Source of the DNA: Candidatus Eiseniibacteriota bacterium
Lineage (GTDB): Bacteria > Eisenbacteria > RBG-16-71-46 > CAVPCR01
Assembly: GCA_963702435.1 (NCBI GenBank)
Contig: CAVPCR010000001.1
Location: 1,480,435 to 1,544,434 of the forward strand
Direction of reading: 5' to 3'
Length of the DNA stretch: 64,000 bases
Below, piece after piece: positions 47,578 to 58,417 of this stretch (positions are counted from its first letter, which is position 1; each line of letters opens with the position of its first letter). The translations under genes were made by a program, and so were the position numbers. The notes under the pieces are model-generated. The model made no database searches. It was not told where the DNA came from and was given only the letters and a program-made list of their open reading frames with translations.

Positions 47578-49625
47578 TTCCAGCCCGCGGTCAGGCCGAA
47601 CGACCAGTAGCGCGGAAGCCCCGGCTCGTAGTACTCGCCGTCGACGCCGTTCAGGAACACCGAGGCCGTGTAGCGCTGGCCGGTCAGGTTCTCGACCCCG
47701 ACGAAGCCGCCGAGCGACACGTCCCCCACATCGCGCGCGTAGCTGGCTCTCGCCCCGAGGAGCGTGTAGGGCTCGGTCGCCGCCGTGTTGGCGTCGTCGG
47801 CAAAGTAGTCGTCCGCATGGTCGACGATCATCTCGGCCGAGAGCCCGAACGGCGCCTGGTAGCGCCCCGAGAGCCGAAGGACCCCCGCGGGCAGGCCCGG
47901 CACCTCGTTGCCGGCGTAGTTCCCGCGATCGTTTTCATAGATGACGTAGCGATTGCGGCTCCAGGTGAATGCGGCGCCGAGCACGAGCCGGTTCGCGAAG
48001 AGCCAGTCGAGCCCGCACTCGAACCCCTGGCGCCGGGATCGTCCTGCCGTGTAGTAGTAAGCACCGCCGTCGAAGGGGACGATCTCGTCGTGGACGTCGA
48101 TCCAGTAGAGCGCGAGGTCGTAGCGGAGCCGGCCGAGATCGCGCGCCGCGAGTTCAAGGTCCGTCTCGCCGCGCGCCCCCAGTTCGTAGGTCGTCGAGCG
48201 CATCGGATCGAGGAACGGGTTCAAGGTGGTCAGCGTGTCGTAGGGCGCGGGCGGATCCACCTCGTTGAAGGCGGGGCTCTCGACCCCGCCGCCCAGCGCC
48301 GCGAACACGATGAAGCGGTCGGTCTCGTAGGCGAGGGACGCCTTCGGCGTCACCCGCGAGAAGGTCATCTCGGCGTCGAGGGCGGGCTCCATCCGATCCT
48401 CGGCGACATACCAGATGTTGTCGTAGCGCGCCGCGAGCCGCGCCGACCAGCGCTCCTTCCAGACGACCTCCTCCTGCACGAAGACGCCGGCCGTGTTCGC
48501 CCCCTCGCGCTGGTTGGCGAGGAGCTCGTCGCCTCGCGCGCCGTACGGAACCAGGTTGTAGAAGAGAACCGTCCCGTCCTGCCACGCCTCGTCGGCGCCG
48601 ACCATGAGCGTGCTCCGGAGGTCGCTCGCGAGCGGCGCGTGCCATGCATAGGACGCGCTGCCGCCGATGTGGTAACGCGTGAAGTCGCGGAACCGGTTCC
48701 GCTCCGAGCGCTCGAGAACCTTGGGCTCGAGGTAGAAGGCGAGCGCGAGCTCCTGGTCGCCGCCGGCGCCGCGATCGAGGGTGAGCGCCATACGGCCGAT
48801 CCGGTTCCGCCGCCTTTCATTCCGCGCGGCGAAGTCCGCGTTGGCCTGTTCCGGCGCCGAGTCGGCCTCCGCCGCGGTGAGCGGGCCCGGAAACTGATTC
48901 AGGTCGCTCACCGCGTCGAGGGACACCCCGAGCGCGGTCTCGCCGCCGAGCCGGCCCTTCAAGCGGACCATGGCCTGGAACGCCGTGCTCTCGCTGTGCT
49001 CGCGCCAGCCGTCGAAGTCGTAGTTCTGGAGCGAGGCGACGCCCCGCCCGGTCTCGCCCAGGCGGAAGCCGCCGAGGATCTGCTCCTTGTGATAGCCGAA
49101 GGAGCCGGCCCGCTCCCGCAGCTCGAGGTAGGGCGACTCGAAATCGAGATCCGTGCGCAGATGGATCACCCCACCCGAAGCGTTCCCGTAGAGCACCGAG
49201 GCGTTCGAGCGCAGGACCTCGATGCGATGGGTGCTCCCGAGATCGACCAGGTCGAGCCCGGTCCGACCGTCGGGCTCGGTGAGCGGAACGCCGTCGGATA
49301 GAACACGGATGCCGCGCACGCCGCCCGAGTTCGAGCGTTCCCCGTTGCCGCGCGCCCCGAAGCCGCGGATGGTGACCCGCACATCCTGGGCGCCGGCGCG
49401 GCTCTGCACGAGCACGCCGGGCTCGGCGCCGAGGGCGTCGGCGAGCGAGATGCCGCGGGTGTCGTCGTATCTCGCCCTGTCGACGACGCTCAGCGCGGCC
49501 GGCGTGCGCAGGATCGATTCGGGAAGGCGCGAGCCGGTGACCAGGATCTCGTGGAGCATGACCACGCCCGTGTCAGGCGGCGCCTGGGTCAAGACGAGAA
49601 GCGCTGCGCAGACGACCGGATGCAT
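47574..49625 (-). CDS. TonB-dependent receptor
   Basis: EILVTGSR, IRGFG, DGVP, IEVLRSNASVLYG, GVENL, C-terminal W. Confidence 0.9.
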   Translation of the reverse strand: MHPVVCAALLVLTQAPPDTGVVMLHEILVTGSRLPESILRTPAALSVVDRARYDDTRGISLADALGAEPGVLVQSRAGAQDVRVTIRGFGARGNGERSNSGGVRGIRVLSDGVPLTEPDGRTGLDLVDLGSTHRIEVLRSNASVLYGNASGGVIHLRTDLDFESPYLELRERAGSFGYHKEQILGGFRLGETGRGVASLQNYDFDGWREHSESTAFQAMVRLKGRLGGETALGVSLDAVSDLNQFPGPLTAAEADSAPEQANADFAARNERRRNRIGRMALTLDRGAGGDQELALAFYLEPKVLERSERNRFRDFTRYHIGGSASYAWHAPLASDLRSTLMVGADEAWQDGTVLFYNLVPYGARGDELLANQREGANTAGVFVQEEVVWKERWSARLAARYDNIWYVAEDRMEPALDAEMTFSRVTPKASLAYETDRFIVFAALGGGVESPAFNEVDPPAPYDTLTTLNPFLDPMRSTTYELGARGETDLELAARDLGRLRYDLALYWIDVHDEIVPFDGGAYYYTAGRSRRQGFECGLDWLFANRLVLGAAFTWSRNRYVIYENDRGNYAGNEVPGLPAGVLRLSGRYQAPFGLSAEMIVDHADDYFADDANTAATEPYTLLGARASYARDVGDVSLGGFVGVENLTGQRYTASVFLNGVDGEYYEPGLPRYWSFGLTAGWK

Positions 49626-50608
49626 CACCTCGTGCCGCCCGCTCCCAGCTCCTTCAACCGCGCGATCCGCGCCGGCTCGCTCTCCGCGAGCCACGGATCC
49701 TTCGACAGGATCTCGTAGGCGCGGGCGAAGTGCGGGGCCGCCTCGTCCTTCCGGCCGAGGGCGAGGAGACACTCCCCGAGCTCCTCGTACACGAAGCCGT
49801 CCTCCTCGCCGATCGCGTCGATCTCCGCCTTGAGCTCCTCTTGCATGGAGAGCGCGGTCTCGACCTGGCCGAGCGAGCGCTCGGCGCGCGCCACGCACCA
49901 TTTCGCGATCCGGGTCTCCGCCGGCTGGTTCTCCGCCCGGCGGAAGGCGAGCGCCTTCTCGAACATCTCGAGCGCTGCCTGGTAGTCGCCCTGGTCGTGG
50001 TAGGTCCAGCCCACGTTGTTGTAGAGGGAGCCGAGCCACTTCCTCGCGCGCGGGCTCGATGAGGCCTCGGCCAGCGCCATGGCGCGCCTGTTCCAGGCGA
50101 GCGCCGAATCCGGCGGCTCGACGATCGCCATCATGTGGGCGGCGTCGACGGCGTAGGAATCGGCGCCGAGCGCCCGGCCGCGCTCCCAGGCCTCGAGGAA
50201 GAGCGGGCGCGCCTGGTCCGGATGCTTGGACGAGTTGTACGTGCGGCCGCGCTCGAGGAGGTAGCGCACGCGCGCCACCGCGAGCGAGTCGCCGAGCATC
50301 GGCTCGACCTCATCGAGGGTGGCGTGCGCCTCGTCGAACTTCCGCTGCAATCCCTGGGTGCGTGCGATCTGGGTCAGGAGCTGGGCGAGGTAGTCGACGT
50401 CGCCGGAGGCCCGCGCCGCCGGCAGGTGGGTGCGGAAGATCGCCTCGGTCGAGTCGGGCTGCGCGAAGTTCCACTGCGCGTCGAAGTCCCTGGCCGCGCC
50501 CACCTCGTCCACCTCGCCGCCTTCCGCCCGCGACCGGGCGCTCACGATCGAAATCCCCGCGACGAGGATCGCCAGGGGGATGATGAAAGCATGGTCCCTG
50601 TCACGCAT
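49625..50608 (-). CDS. Exported TPR protein
   Basis: TQIARTQGLQRKF, YAVDAAHM, SLYNNVGW. Confidence 0.8.
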   Translation of the reverse strand: MRDRDHAFIIPLAILVAGISIVSARSRAEGGEVDEVGAARDFDAQWNFAQPDSTEAIFRTHLPAARASGDVDYLAQLLTQIARTQGLQRKFDEAHATLDEVEPMLGDSLAVARVRYLLERGRTYNSSKHPDQARPLFLEAWERGRALGADSYAVDAAHMMAIVEPPDSALAWNRRAMALAEASSSPRARKWLGSLYNNVGWTYHDQGDYQAALEMFEKALAFRRAENQPAETRIAKWCVARAERSLGQVETALSMQEELKAEIDAIGEEDGFVYEELGECLLALGRKDEAAPHFARAYEILSKDPWLAESEPARIARLKELGAGGTR

Positions 50609-51209
50609 GTCGGATCTCCGGGAATCGGGTCAGCTTCGCCGCCACGCGGCGGACCGAATCATCGGTCATCGTCGCCCCCACCTCGGCGAGCGGGACCCAG
50701 CGGGCACCGCCCACATCCGGACCGGGCGCGATATCGGCGCTCCGCGCGCAGAGCAGCACGCGCACGTCGAAGTGCTCGTGCGCGGGTTCCGCGCCGTGCG
50801 CCGGGATGGGATGCACATCGAGGTCGAGGAGCGCGCCGCCCGCGCCCGCCGCCGGCTCGTCGAGGTCCGTGAGCCCCGTCTCCTCCCGGACCTCCCGGCG
50901 TGCCGCTGCCGTCACCGACTCGTCCCCGGGCTCGAAGTGCCCGCCCGGCTGGAGCCAGCGCCCGAGGCGCGCATGGAAGATGAGCAGGAGCGCCGTCGCA
51001 TCCGGCGAGAGCACGAAGGCGCTCGCCGTGAAGTGCCCCGGCGCGAAGTGGGAGCGTGCGAGCACATCTCCGGGCGCGGCGACAAGATCGAGCATGCGCG
51101 CCCGGTGCGCGGCCTCGCGCGCATCGGCCGGGACATGGGCGCGGAGCGCGGCCGCGAGGCGGATGCGGCGCTCGGCAAGCAGGTGGGTTGGCGCAGGCGA
51201 CAGGCTCAC
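50601..51209 (-). CDS. NUDIX hydrolase
   Basis: GHFTASA, WLQPGGH...AARREVREETGL. Confidence 0.9.
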   Translation of the reverse strand: MSLSPAPTHLLAERRIRLAAALRAHVPADAREAAHRARMLDLVAAPGDVLARSHFAPGHFTASAFVLSPDATALLLIFHARLGRWLQPGGHFEPGDESVTAAARREVREETGLTDLDEPAAGAGGALLDLDVHPIPAHGAEPAHEHFDVRVLLCARSADIAPGPDVGGARWVPLAEVGATMTDDSVRRVAAKLTRFPEIRHA

Positions 51210-51362
51210 ACCGGGACTCCTCCGGGGATGGGGATGGACCGGGACCGGGATCATCGCACGGGGCCGGGGCGGCCCGCCAGGGGACCTGCGGCGCGCGCGG
51301 GCGCCCGCCGGCTTGCGATTCACGTCGCGGCGGGGGGCGGCGCTCGGCTAGGCTACCGCCCG

Positions 51363-52700
51363 ATGTCCGAGCCGGCCTCGCCCCCCCTCCCGCCGCACCA
51401 TCAGGAGGCGCGCGTCAACCGCCTCCTCCGGAACGCATCGTGGCTGTTCAGCGGCAATGCGCTCGCCTCGCTCTGCGGATTCGGACAGGCGGTCGTGCTC
51501 GGGCGCGCGCTCGGGGTCGACACCTACGGCCTCCTCGCCGTGATCATGGCCTTCGTCACCACGGTGAACCAGATCGTGGACATCCGGATGTGGGAGTCGG
51601 TGACCAAGTTCGTCGGCGACTTCCACGAGCGGGGCGACCACGGACGGGCGCGGGCCACCGTGAAGCTCGCCTATCTCATCGATGTCGGGACCGGAATCGT
51701 CGCCTTCCTCCTCGTCCTCGGGCTCGCGCCGCTGGCCATCCACCGTTTCCTCCACGGCCGCGTCGCGGCCGAGGACGTCATCCTCTATGCGGGCACGCTC
51801 CTCGTGGCCACGGTCAACGACACCTCGATGGCGCTCCTCCGGGTCTTCGACCGCTTCGACTGGCTCTCGGCCGAACGGGTCGGGAGCGCGGTCGTGCGGC
51901 TTCTCGCCCTGTGGGCGGTGGCCGCCGCGACCGGCCGCCTGACCCCGGTGCTCGCGGTCTACGTCGCCGTCGAGCTCGGGCGCGCGATCGTCCTCCTCGT
52001 CCTCGGGCTCCGCGCCACGCGGAGCGCGCTCACGGCACCCGGGCCGGATCACCTCGGCGCGGTCAAGGACCGGCTCGGCGCCTTCTGGCGCTTCACGCTC
52101 AACAACGCGGCCACCACGGTGCTCTCCCTCATCACGCGCCAGGTGGACATCCTGATCCTGACCGCGCTCCGCCCACCGGGCGAGGTCGGTCTCTTCCGCA
52201 TGGCCAAGAACTTCGGGCAGCTGATCCTCCGTCTCTCCGATCCGGTCTACCACGCGATCTACCCCGAGCTCGTGCGCCTCGTGAACAATGCGCCGCGGGA
52301 GATGGGCGGCTTCCTCCGGCGGAGCATGCGGGTCGTGCTCGTCCTCGTGATCCCGGCCGGGATCATCCTCATCGCCGCCGCCCGCCCCGTGCTCGAGCTC
52401 GCCGTCGGGCCCGACTTCGCCGCGGCCGCCACGCCGCTTCGCATCATGGTCCTCGGCGCGCTCCTCCATGCGGGCTTCCTCTGGGCGCGGCCGCTCGCCC
52501 TCGCCCGCGGCCGGTCGCACCTCTCGCCGATCGCCCACGCTGCGGGCGCCGCCGTGCTGGTCGCGACCTCCTATCTCCTCGTGCCGCCGTTCGGCGCGAT
52601 CGGGAGCGCTCTCACCTTCGTCGCGTCGAGCGCCGTCACGATCGGGATCCTGGCCGCGGGCGCCGTGCGCCCGGATCGCGGCGATCGCACGAGAGGCTGA
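51363..52700 (+). CDS. Wzx-like oligosaccharide flippase
   Basis: LLRNASWLF, RALGVDTYG, about 12 TM helices, VGLFRMA. Confidence 0.85.
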   Translation: MSEPASPPLPPHHQEARVNRLLRNASWLFSGNALASLCGFGQAVVLGRALGVDTYGLLAVIMAFVTTVNQIVDIRMWESVTKFVGDFHERGDHGRARATVKLAYLIDVGTGIVAFLLVLGLAPLAIHRFLHGRVAAEDVILYAGTLLVATVNDTSMALLRVFDRFDWLSAERVGSAVVRLLALWAVAAATGRLTPVLAVYVAVELGRAIVLLVLGLRATRSALTAPGPDHLGAVKDRLGAFWRFTLNNAATTVLSLITRQVDILILTALRPPGEVGLFRMAKNFGQLILRLSDPVYHAIYPELVRLVNNAPREMGGFLRRSMRVVLVLVIPAGIILIAAARPVLELAVGPDFAAAATPLRIMVLGALLHAGFLWARPLALARGRSHLSPIAHAAGAAVLVATSYLLVPPFGAIGSALTFVASSAVTIGILAAGAVRPDRGDRTRG

Positions 52701-52793
52701 TCGCAGCTGACAGCGCAGCCCTTTCGTGCTATGGTGCGCCCTGCAACCTGGTGTTATCCCGGCTTCGTGTTGCCACCGCACCCGGAGCGCATC

Positions 52794-54815
52794 ATGGCCG
52801 ACTGCGCACGCAGAACCTTCCTCTCGCCGATCGTGCTATCGACCGCCTTCCTGATCGCGTCCGCCCCCGCCGGCGCGACCGGAGCGATCGAGGGCTACGC
52901 CACCGCGGCCGACGTTCCGCAGGGCGGCACGCTCGAGCTCCACGTGTCGACCGAGGCGCTGACCTACGATGTCCTGATCGAGGATGCGCTCGACCCGACG
53001 GCGATCTTCGTCGAGCACCAAGGACTCCCCGGCAGCGTCCATCCAATCCCCGACAGCGCCTTCGCCTGGGGCTGCGACTGGCCGGTCTCGCTCGAGGTGC
53101 CCGTCGCGCCGACCTGGCCGAGCGGCGTCTACTACGCGCGCCTCATCGCCCGTGACGTGCAGGGCCAGCCCCTCGCGGTCGCCGACACGAGCTTCGTGCC
53201 CTTCGTCGTCACCGAGGATGTTCCCGGCTCGACCTCGTCCATCCTCTTCCAGCTCTCGAACGCGACGTACAACGCCTACAACAACTGGGGCGGAAAGAGC
53301 CTCTATCCGCAGAATTCCACGAATAACCGCCGTTCTTACTTCGTCTCCTTCGCGCGGCCCTATTCGCAGGAACGCGGGAAGGGCGAGTTCCCCTGGTGGG
53401 AGCGCCCGCTCGCCGCCTGGTTCCGTGCCGAGGGCATCCCGGTCGAGTACTGCACCAACGTCGCCTTGCACCGGGATCCGAACCTCACGGCTCCCTACCG
53501 GCTCTTCCTGAGCGTCGGCCACGACGAGTACTACTCGAAGGAGATGTACGACCAGCTCGAGGGCTTCCGCAATTCCGGCGGCAACCTGGCCTTCTTCGGG
53601 GCCAACTGCATCTTCTGGCAGGTGCGACTCCAGGGCGACACCGTGGTCTGCTACAAGGAGGCGGACCTCGATCCCTACTTCGCCGCCGGGTACTTCGACC
53701 GCGTGACCGTCAACTGGCGCCAGTCGCCGGTCAACCGCCCCGAGGGCCGGCTGATCGGAGTCCAGTTCGATAGCTGGTGCTGGCGCCCCTGCGGCGCGCC
53801 GCTCATGCTCATCGAGCCCAACCACTGGATGACGCGCGAGCTCGGTCTTCTCGTCTGGCAGACGTTCGGGACCAACCTGGTCGGCTACGAGTGGGATCGC
53901 CGCTTCACGAACGCCGAGCCGCCGGGGATCGAGCTGCCATTCCTGTCCTACGTCTACAACCACTCCGGCGACTCGCGCTATCAGCAGACGTCGTACTACG
54001 AGCACCCGGCCACGAACCCGCTCTCCCGCGTCTTCGCCGCGGGGACCATCCAGTGGAGCTGGGGCGTGCGCCCCGACTCGGCGGGAGCGGATCCCTCGAT
54101 CACCGCGATCACGCGCCGCGTCGTGCGCTGCCTCGATCAGCCCCCGACCCTCGCCGCCGACCGCGAGGTGATCTTCACGGCCGACCTCCGCCACGTGAAC
54201 CTGAGCCCCTTCGACACGGTGTTCGTGCGCGGACAGCCGGCGCCACTGCTGCCTGACGGGCGGAACTACCCGCTCCGCGACGACGGGGTGCCCCCCGATG
54301 TAACGGCCGGGGATCGCATCTTCACGCGCGCGGTCCTCTTCCCGGCCGGCACCTGGGACATCGTGCGCTACCAGTACTGGACGATCGGGCAATGCGGCTA
54401 CGGCACGCGCTCGGCCTGGATCGAGGATCCCGAGCTCGGCGCCGGCCCCTCGGTCACTCTTCGCGATCGCCCCGACTACTGCCCCGTCACCACGGCGGTG
54501 GACGACGGCGATCCCTCCCCTCCCCTCGCCGATGGGATCGAGGTCCGCGTGCAGCGCTCCGCCGGCCGCATCGAGATCGGGATCGCCGCCGCCGATCCAC
54601 CGCCGGGCACCGCAGGGATCCCGCAGCTCCGGGTCGCCCTCTACGACGTGACCGGGCGCCTCGTCCGCGTGCTCGCCGATCAGCCGTTCCGCGAGATGCG
54701 GGCCGACCTCGTGTGGGCGGGCGAGGACGAGCGCGGTCACACGCAGCCCGCCGGCATCTACCTGCTCGACGTGCGCGTCGGTGACCGGGGCCGGTCGGCG
54801 AAGATCTTCTGGTAG
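52794..54815 (+). CDS. Secreted N,N-dimethylformamidase beta-subunit-like protein with FlgD-like tail
   Basis: TYNAYNNWGGKSLY, VSFARPY, SVGHDEY, VGYEWD, VFAAGTIQWSWG; YDVTGRLVR. Confidence 0.8.
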   Translation: MADCARRTFLSPIVLSTAFLIASAPAGATGAIEGYATAADVPQGGTLELHVSTEALTYDVLIEDALDPTAIFVEHQGLPGSVHPIPDSAFAWGCDWPVSLEVPVAPTWPSGVYYARLIARDVQGQPLAVADTSFVPFVVTEDVPGSTSSILFQLSNATYNAYNNWGGKSLYPQNSTNNRRSYFVSFARPYSQERGKGEFPWWERPLAAWFRAEGIPVEYCTNVALHRDPNLTAPYRLFLSVGHDEYYSKEMYDQLEGFRNSGGNLAFFGANCIFWQVRLQGDTVVCYKEADLDPYFAAGYFDRVTVNWRQSPVNRPEGRLIGVQFDSWCWRPCGAPLMLIEPNHWMTRELGLLVWQTFGTNLVGYEWDRRFTNAEPPGIELPFLSYVYNHSGDSRYQQTSYYEHPATNPLSRVFAAGTIQWSWGVRPDSAGADPSITAITRRVVRCLDQPPTLAADREVIFTADLRHVNLSPFDTVFVRGQPAPLLPDGRNYPLRDDGVPPDVTAGDRIFTRAVLFPAGTWDIVRYQYWTIGQCGYGTRSAWIEDPELGAGPSVTLRDRPDYCPVTTAVDDGDPSPPLADGIEVRVQRSAGRIEIGIAAADPPPGTAGIPQLRVALYDVTGRLVRVLADQPFREMRADLVWAGEDERGHTQPAGIYLLDVRVGDRGRSAKIFW

Positions 54816-54978
54816 GGCGGCTCGTAGGGCGGTCGCGTGCGAGGCGCCCGCCCGGGACCGCCGGTCTTCCCTTGACCTCCCTGCGGCAGATGAGGTCTCT
54901 TCGCACCTGGCCCGCAATGTGCCGGCTCGTCGCCGGCTCAACGCCGCGCCCGAAGGCCAATAAGGACTTAGGAAACCG

Positions 54979-55488
54979 ATGATCCACGGTGTCGAGTTCA
55001 AGCCCCTTGCGAGCAACCTGGACCATCGCGGCTTCTTCCGCGAACTCGTCCGCGTGACCGACCCGTTCTTCCGCGAGGGCTTCGCGCAGTGGAGCCACAG
55101 CCTCATGGAGAGGAACGTGGTCAAGGCGTGGCATTTCCATCACCGCCAGGTGGACTGGTGGTACCTGGCGCTAGGGGAGCTCGAGGTCGCGCTCTTCGAC
55201 CTCCGCGCGACGAGCCCGACCCATCGGGGCAAGATGGAGTTCACCCTCGGCGAGGCCGAGCCACGCGTCCTCCGGATCCCGCCGGGCGTCGCTCACGGCT
55301 GCAAGGTGACGACCCCCTTCGCCCACCTCTTCTACATAACGAGCCAGCTCTACGACCCGCAGGACGAGGGCCGGCATCCCTTCAACTCGGACGTGATCCC
55401 CCACTCCTGGGGCGACCCCGCCGAGCTCCTGGTCTCGGAGCGGGATCGGCACCTCCACGTCCCGCCCTATCCGGCTCCCGGCATCTAG
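54979..55488 (+). CDS. dTDP-4-dehydrorhamnose 3,5-epimerase family protein
   Basis: DHRGFFRE, KAWHFH, DLRATSPT, IPPGVAHG. Confidence 0.88.
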   Translation: MIHGVEFKPLASNLDHRGFFRELVRVTDPFFREGFAQWSHSLMERNVVKAWHFHHRQVDWWYLALGELEVALFDLRATSPTHRGKMEFTLGEAEPRVLRIPPGVAHGCKVTTPFAHLFYITSQLYDPQDEGRHPFNSDVIPHSWGDPAELLVSERDRHLHVPPYPAPGI

Positions 55489-55563
55489 CCAGGAATGTCG
55501 CGACGTCGCTGACGGCCGGGCGTCCGCCGGGTGGCGCGCGAGGGCATCCCTGCAGTAGCCGGC

Positions 55564-55705
55564 GGCCGCGCCCGGCTGCCCGGCCCCCGGCGGGCGCGCC
55601 CGGCTGCCCCGCCCCCGGAGGCCGCGCCCGGCTGCCCGGCGACGGCGGGCGCGCCCGGCTGCCCCGCCCCCGGAGGCCGCGCCCGGCTGCCCGGCCCCCG
55701 GAGGC
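55564..55705. repeat. ~28-bp GC-rich tandem repeat x5
   Basis: Core CGCGCCCGGCTGCCC repeated five times. Confidence 0.85.
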
Positions 55706-56016
55706 CGCCGTCGCTAACCTAAGTCCTTGCATCATCGACGCCTCGAATCCACCGCATGGCTGTTGACGACATGGCCGAGGCCACCCCGCCGCCGCCGACA
55801 GTTTGTCCGCGGGAATCCCGTTGCGCCCTTGCCTCCTCAGGCCGTTTCGATTTAATGACAACAACTTACAGAATCTCATCCTGGCCTGAGCTTTCGGCAC
55901 GGGGCCTGCCAGAGAAGAGCACGGGATCGCCCGCAGAGGCTTGGGGGGCGATCTGCGCTGTTGCCGCGAATCGACATCGTTGGGGCGCCCCGGCTCCGGC
56001 CTCCTGGAGCGTTCGA

Positions 56017-56481
56017 ATGCCAGTTTCTCGATTCGAAGTCCAGGACTGGATGACCCCCGCCCCGGAGACGGTCGGTCCGGAGTGCACGGTGACGGTGGCT
56101 CGCCGGACCATGGATGCCGGCGGTTTCCGGCACCTGCCCGTCGTCGAGCAAGGACGGGTCATCGGGATCGTCTCGGATCGCGACCTGCGCAGCATCTGGC
56201 CCTCTGCCGCGGTATCTGCGGGCCGGAAGGACGTCGAGGACCACCTCGATCGCCTGACCGTCCGGCAGGTGATGACGCAGAAACCCCTCGTCGTGGGTCC
56301 GCATACGAGCCTGGCCGATGCGGCCAGGCTCCTCGTGGACCACGGTGTGGGTGCCCTGCCGGTGCTCGCGGGCGACGAGATCGTCGGGATCCTGTCCGAG
56401 AGCGACGCGCTTCGAGCCTTGCTGTCCGTGCTGGCGCTGATCCAGGGCTCGCGGCGGACGAACGAAGTCTGGCAGCAGTGA
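56017..56481 (+). CDS. CBS-pair protein (AcuB-like)
   Basis: WMTPAP, RHLPVV, GIVSDRDLR, GALPV. Confidence 0.9.
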   Translation: MPVSRFEVQDWMTPAPETVGPECTVTVARRTMDAGGFRHLPVVEQGRVIGIVSDRDLRSIWPSAAVSAGRKDVEDHLDRLTVRQVMTQKPLVVGPHTSLADAARLLVDHGVGALPVLAGDEIVGILSESDALRALLSVLALIQGSRRTNEVWQQ

Positions 56482-56874
56482 CCCGGCCGCGGGGCCGGGG
56501 AACTCACCCGCGAGAGCGGGTGCCTATCGAAGAACAGCGGTATTGAAAGGGTCTTTGGAGCGCGACCGGGACCGCGCTCCGACAAGGGTGTCGGGTCGGG
56601 GGGCCTGGCACCCAAATGCGCGACGCTACGCCAGTAGCGTGCGCTACCGGCTCGTGGGACGACCGGGACCGTCTCGCAGCCGGAACTTGGGCCGGGTGAC
56701 TGCCTCTGGTCACCCGGCCCTCTCCTTTTCCGCGGAGAGCTGCCTTTCCGGGGGAACCGCCTTCTCCTTGGAGAACCGCCTTCTCAACCGAAACCCGCTC
56801 AACCGAAACCCGCCGCAAGCAGAGCGGGACCCTCCGGTTCCGGGCGGGAGCGCGGAGCGGGGAGATCGACGTCG

Positions 56875-57168
56875 CTACGGGCGCGCCGTCATCTGGCAGA
56901 GGAAGCTCACGCGCATCCGGTTCAGGTGCAGCGGACTGATCGTCCAGTAGCTCTGCACGCGGAGGGCTTCCTGAATGCAGCGGATATCCAGCTCGTTGAT
57001 CAGCTCGACATCGTTCAGATGAACGACGAGGTGGCTGGAGTCCACCCACTCGGTATCGAGCGGCCGCGAGCGGAGATGGGGATTCACGTGACAGCGATCG
57101 AGACCGGCGCGGAAGCGCTCGAGGAACTCGGCCTCGCGGTCCTTCAGGATGTCATCGTTGTTCCGCAT
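56875..57168 (-). CDS. Small hypothetical protein
   Basis: RBS GAGGAG; globular-looking 97 aa. Confidence 0.6.
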   Translation of the reverse strand: MRNNDDILKDREAEFLERFRAGLDRCHVNPHLRSRPLDTEWVDSSHLVVHLNDVELINELDIRCIQEALRVQSYWTISPLHLNRMRVSFLCQMTARP

Positions 57169-57182
57169 CGCTCCTCGATTCG

Positions 57183-57198
57183 AGCAATCCACATGCCA
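57183..57198 (-). promoter_or_regulatory. Putative sigma54 -24/-12 promoter
   Basis: TGGCATGTGGATTGCT (GG-N10-GC). Confidence 0.55.
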
Positions 57199-57588
57199 CG
57201 CAAGGAATTGCGGCAGAACCGCGGCCCGCAGTGCTGCCGGCGGCCGGGACGGTCAGTTTCCAGACCCTGTGTCCACGCCGGTTTTTCCGATTCGGACACA
57301 ATGTCCGGATCCGCTGAGAGGATATCCACCGCTGTCGGGCGCGCATCCGGACAGCACCGCTAATCGCTTGTAGAACAATGACCTGGGAGCCGGGCCTGGA
57401 GCGTGAATGGAGGGCCGGTTGGACTCCTTCTTGCCCCTTGGGAACCAGGACCCCGGGAAGTCCCCTGCCGGCCCGGAGCCGGAAGGACCTTGCACGCGAA
57501 GCCCCGGCGGACCGAAGCGCCCGGCCGTCCAAGCGCGGGCACCCCGGTCCATGAACCCGGGCTCGAACGGCATGAGGAAGCGGCGGCC

Positions 57589-58071
57589 ATGACCCCGACC
57601 ACTGCCACGATCCTCGTTCCCCTCGACGTGGGAGAATCCTGCGAGGCGATCGTGACGCGGGCGGTCGAGTGGGCACGCTACACGCGGGCGCGCCTCCTCT
57701 TCCTGCACGTGCTGCCGCAGGTGAATGCCTACGCAACACCGGTGTTCGTCGATCAGCGGACGTACGACGACTACTACGCGCGCGCCCGCGAGAGCGCGAC
57801 CCGCCGGCTCGAGCACCTGGCCGCCCAGGCCCTGGCCGCCGGGATCGAGGCCGCGATCCGCGTGCGCATCGGTTTCGCCGCCGAGGAGATTCTCGAGGCG
57901 GCGCGCGAAGAGGGAGCCGATCTCATCATTCTCGGAACGCACGGCCGGCGCGGGCTTGCCCACCTGGTCCTCGGTTCGACCGCGGAGAAGGTGGTCCGCC
58001 TGGCCCGCTCGTCGGTCTTCGTGGTCAAGGAGCCACATCCGGCCGGGGGGGGCGATCCCGCTGCCGCATGA
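57589..58071 (+). CDS. Universal stress protein
   Basis: [29 protein letters not shown]. Confidence 0.93.
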   Translation: MTPTTATILVPLDVGESCEAIVTRAVEWARYTRARLLFLHVLPQVNAYATPVFVDQRTYDDYYARARESATRRLEHLAAQALAAGIEAAIRVRIGFAAEEILEAAREEGADLIILGTHGRRGLAHLVLGSTAEKVVRLARSSVFVVKEPHPAGGGDPAAA

Positions 58072-58132
58072 CGCGCGGTGCCGACCGCTCGCCACGGCGA
58101 CCGTTCGCCCCACGCGGCCGGAGGAGAGAACC

Positions 58133-58417
58133 ATGGTGCACACGACTCATGTCCCGGTCGGCCAGAAGGCCGAGCCCGAGATCCCACCCGGAGATCGCGG
58201 CCTCGTCGTCATCGACCAGGAACTCTGCAAGGGATGCTCGCTCTGCGTCCTCTTCTGCCCTCCGAAGGTGATCTCGCTCGCCGAATCGCTGAACACGCAC
58301 GGCTACCATCCCGCCACCTACGCGGGCGCCGGCTGCACGGGCTGCGCGATCTGCTTCTACGTCTGCCCGGAGCCGGGCACGATCAGCGTGTACCGGCGCG
58401 AGGAGGAGAAGTCATGA
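58133..58417 (+). CDS. 2[4Fe-4S] ferredoxin (delta subunit)
   Basis: [24 protein letters not shown]. Confidence 0.92.
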   Translation: MVHTTHVPVGQKAEPEIPPGDRGLVVIDQELCKGCSLCVLFCPPKVISLAESLNTHGYHPATYAGAGCTGCAICFYVCPEPGTISVYRREEEKS

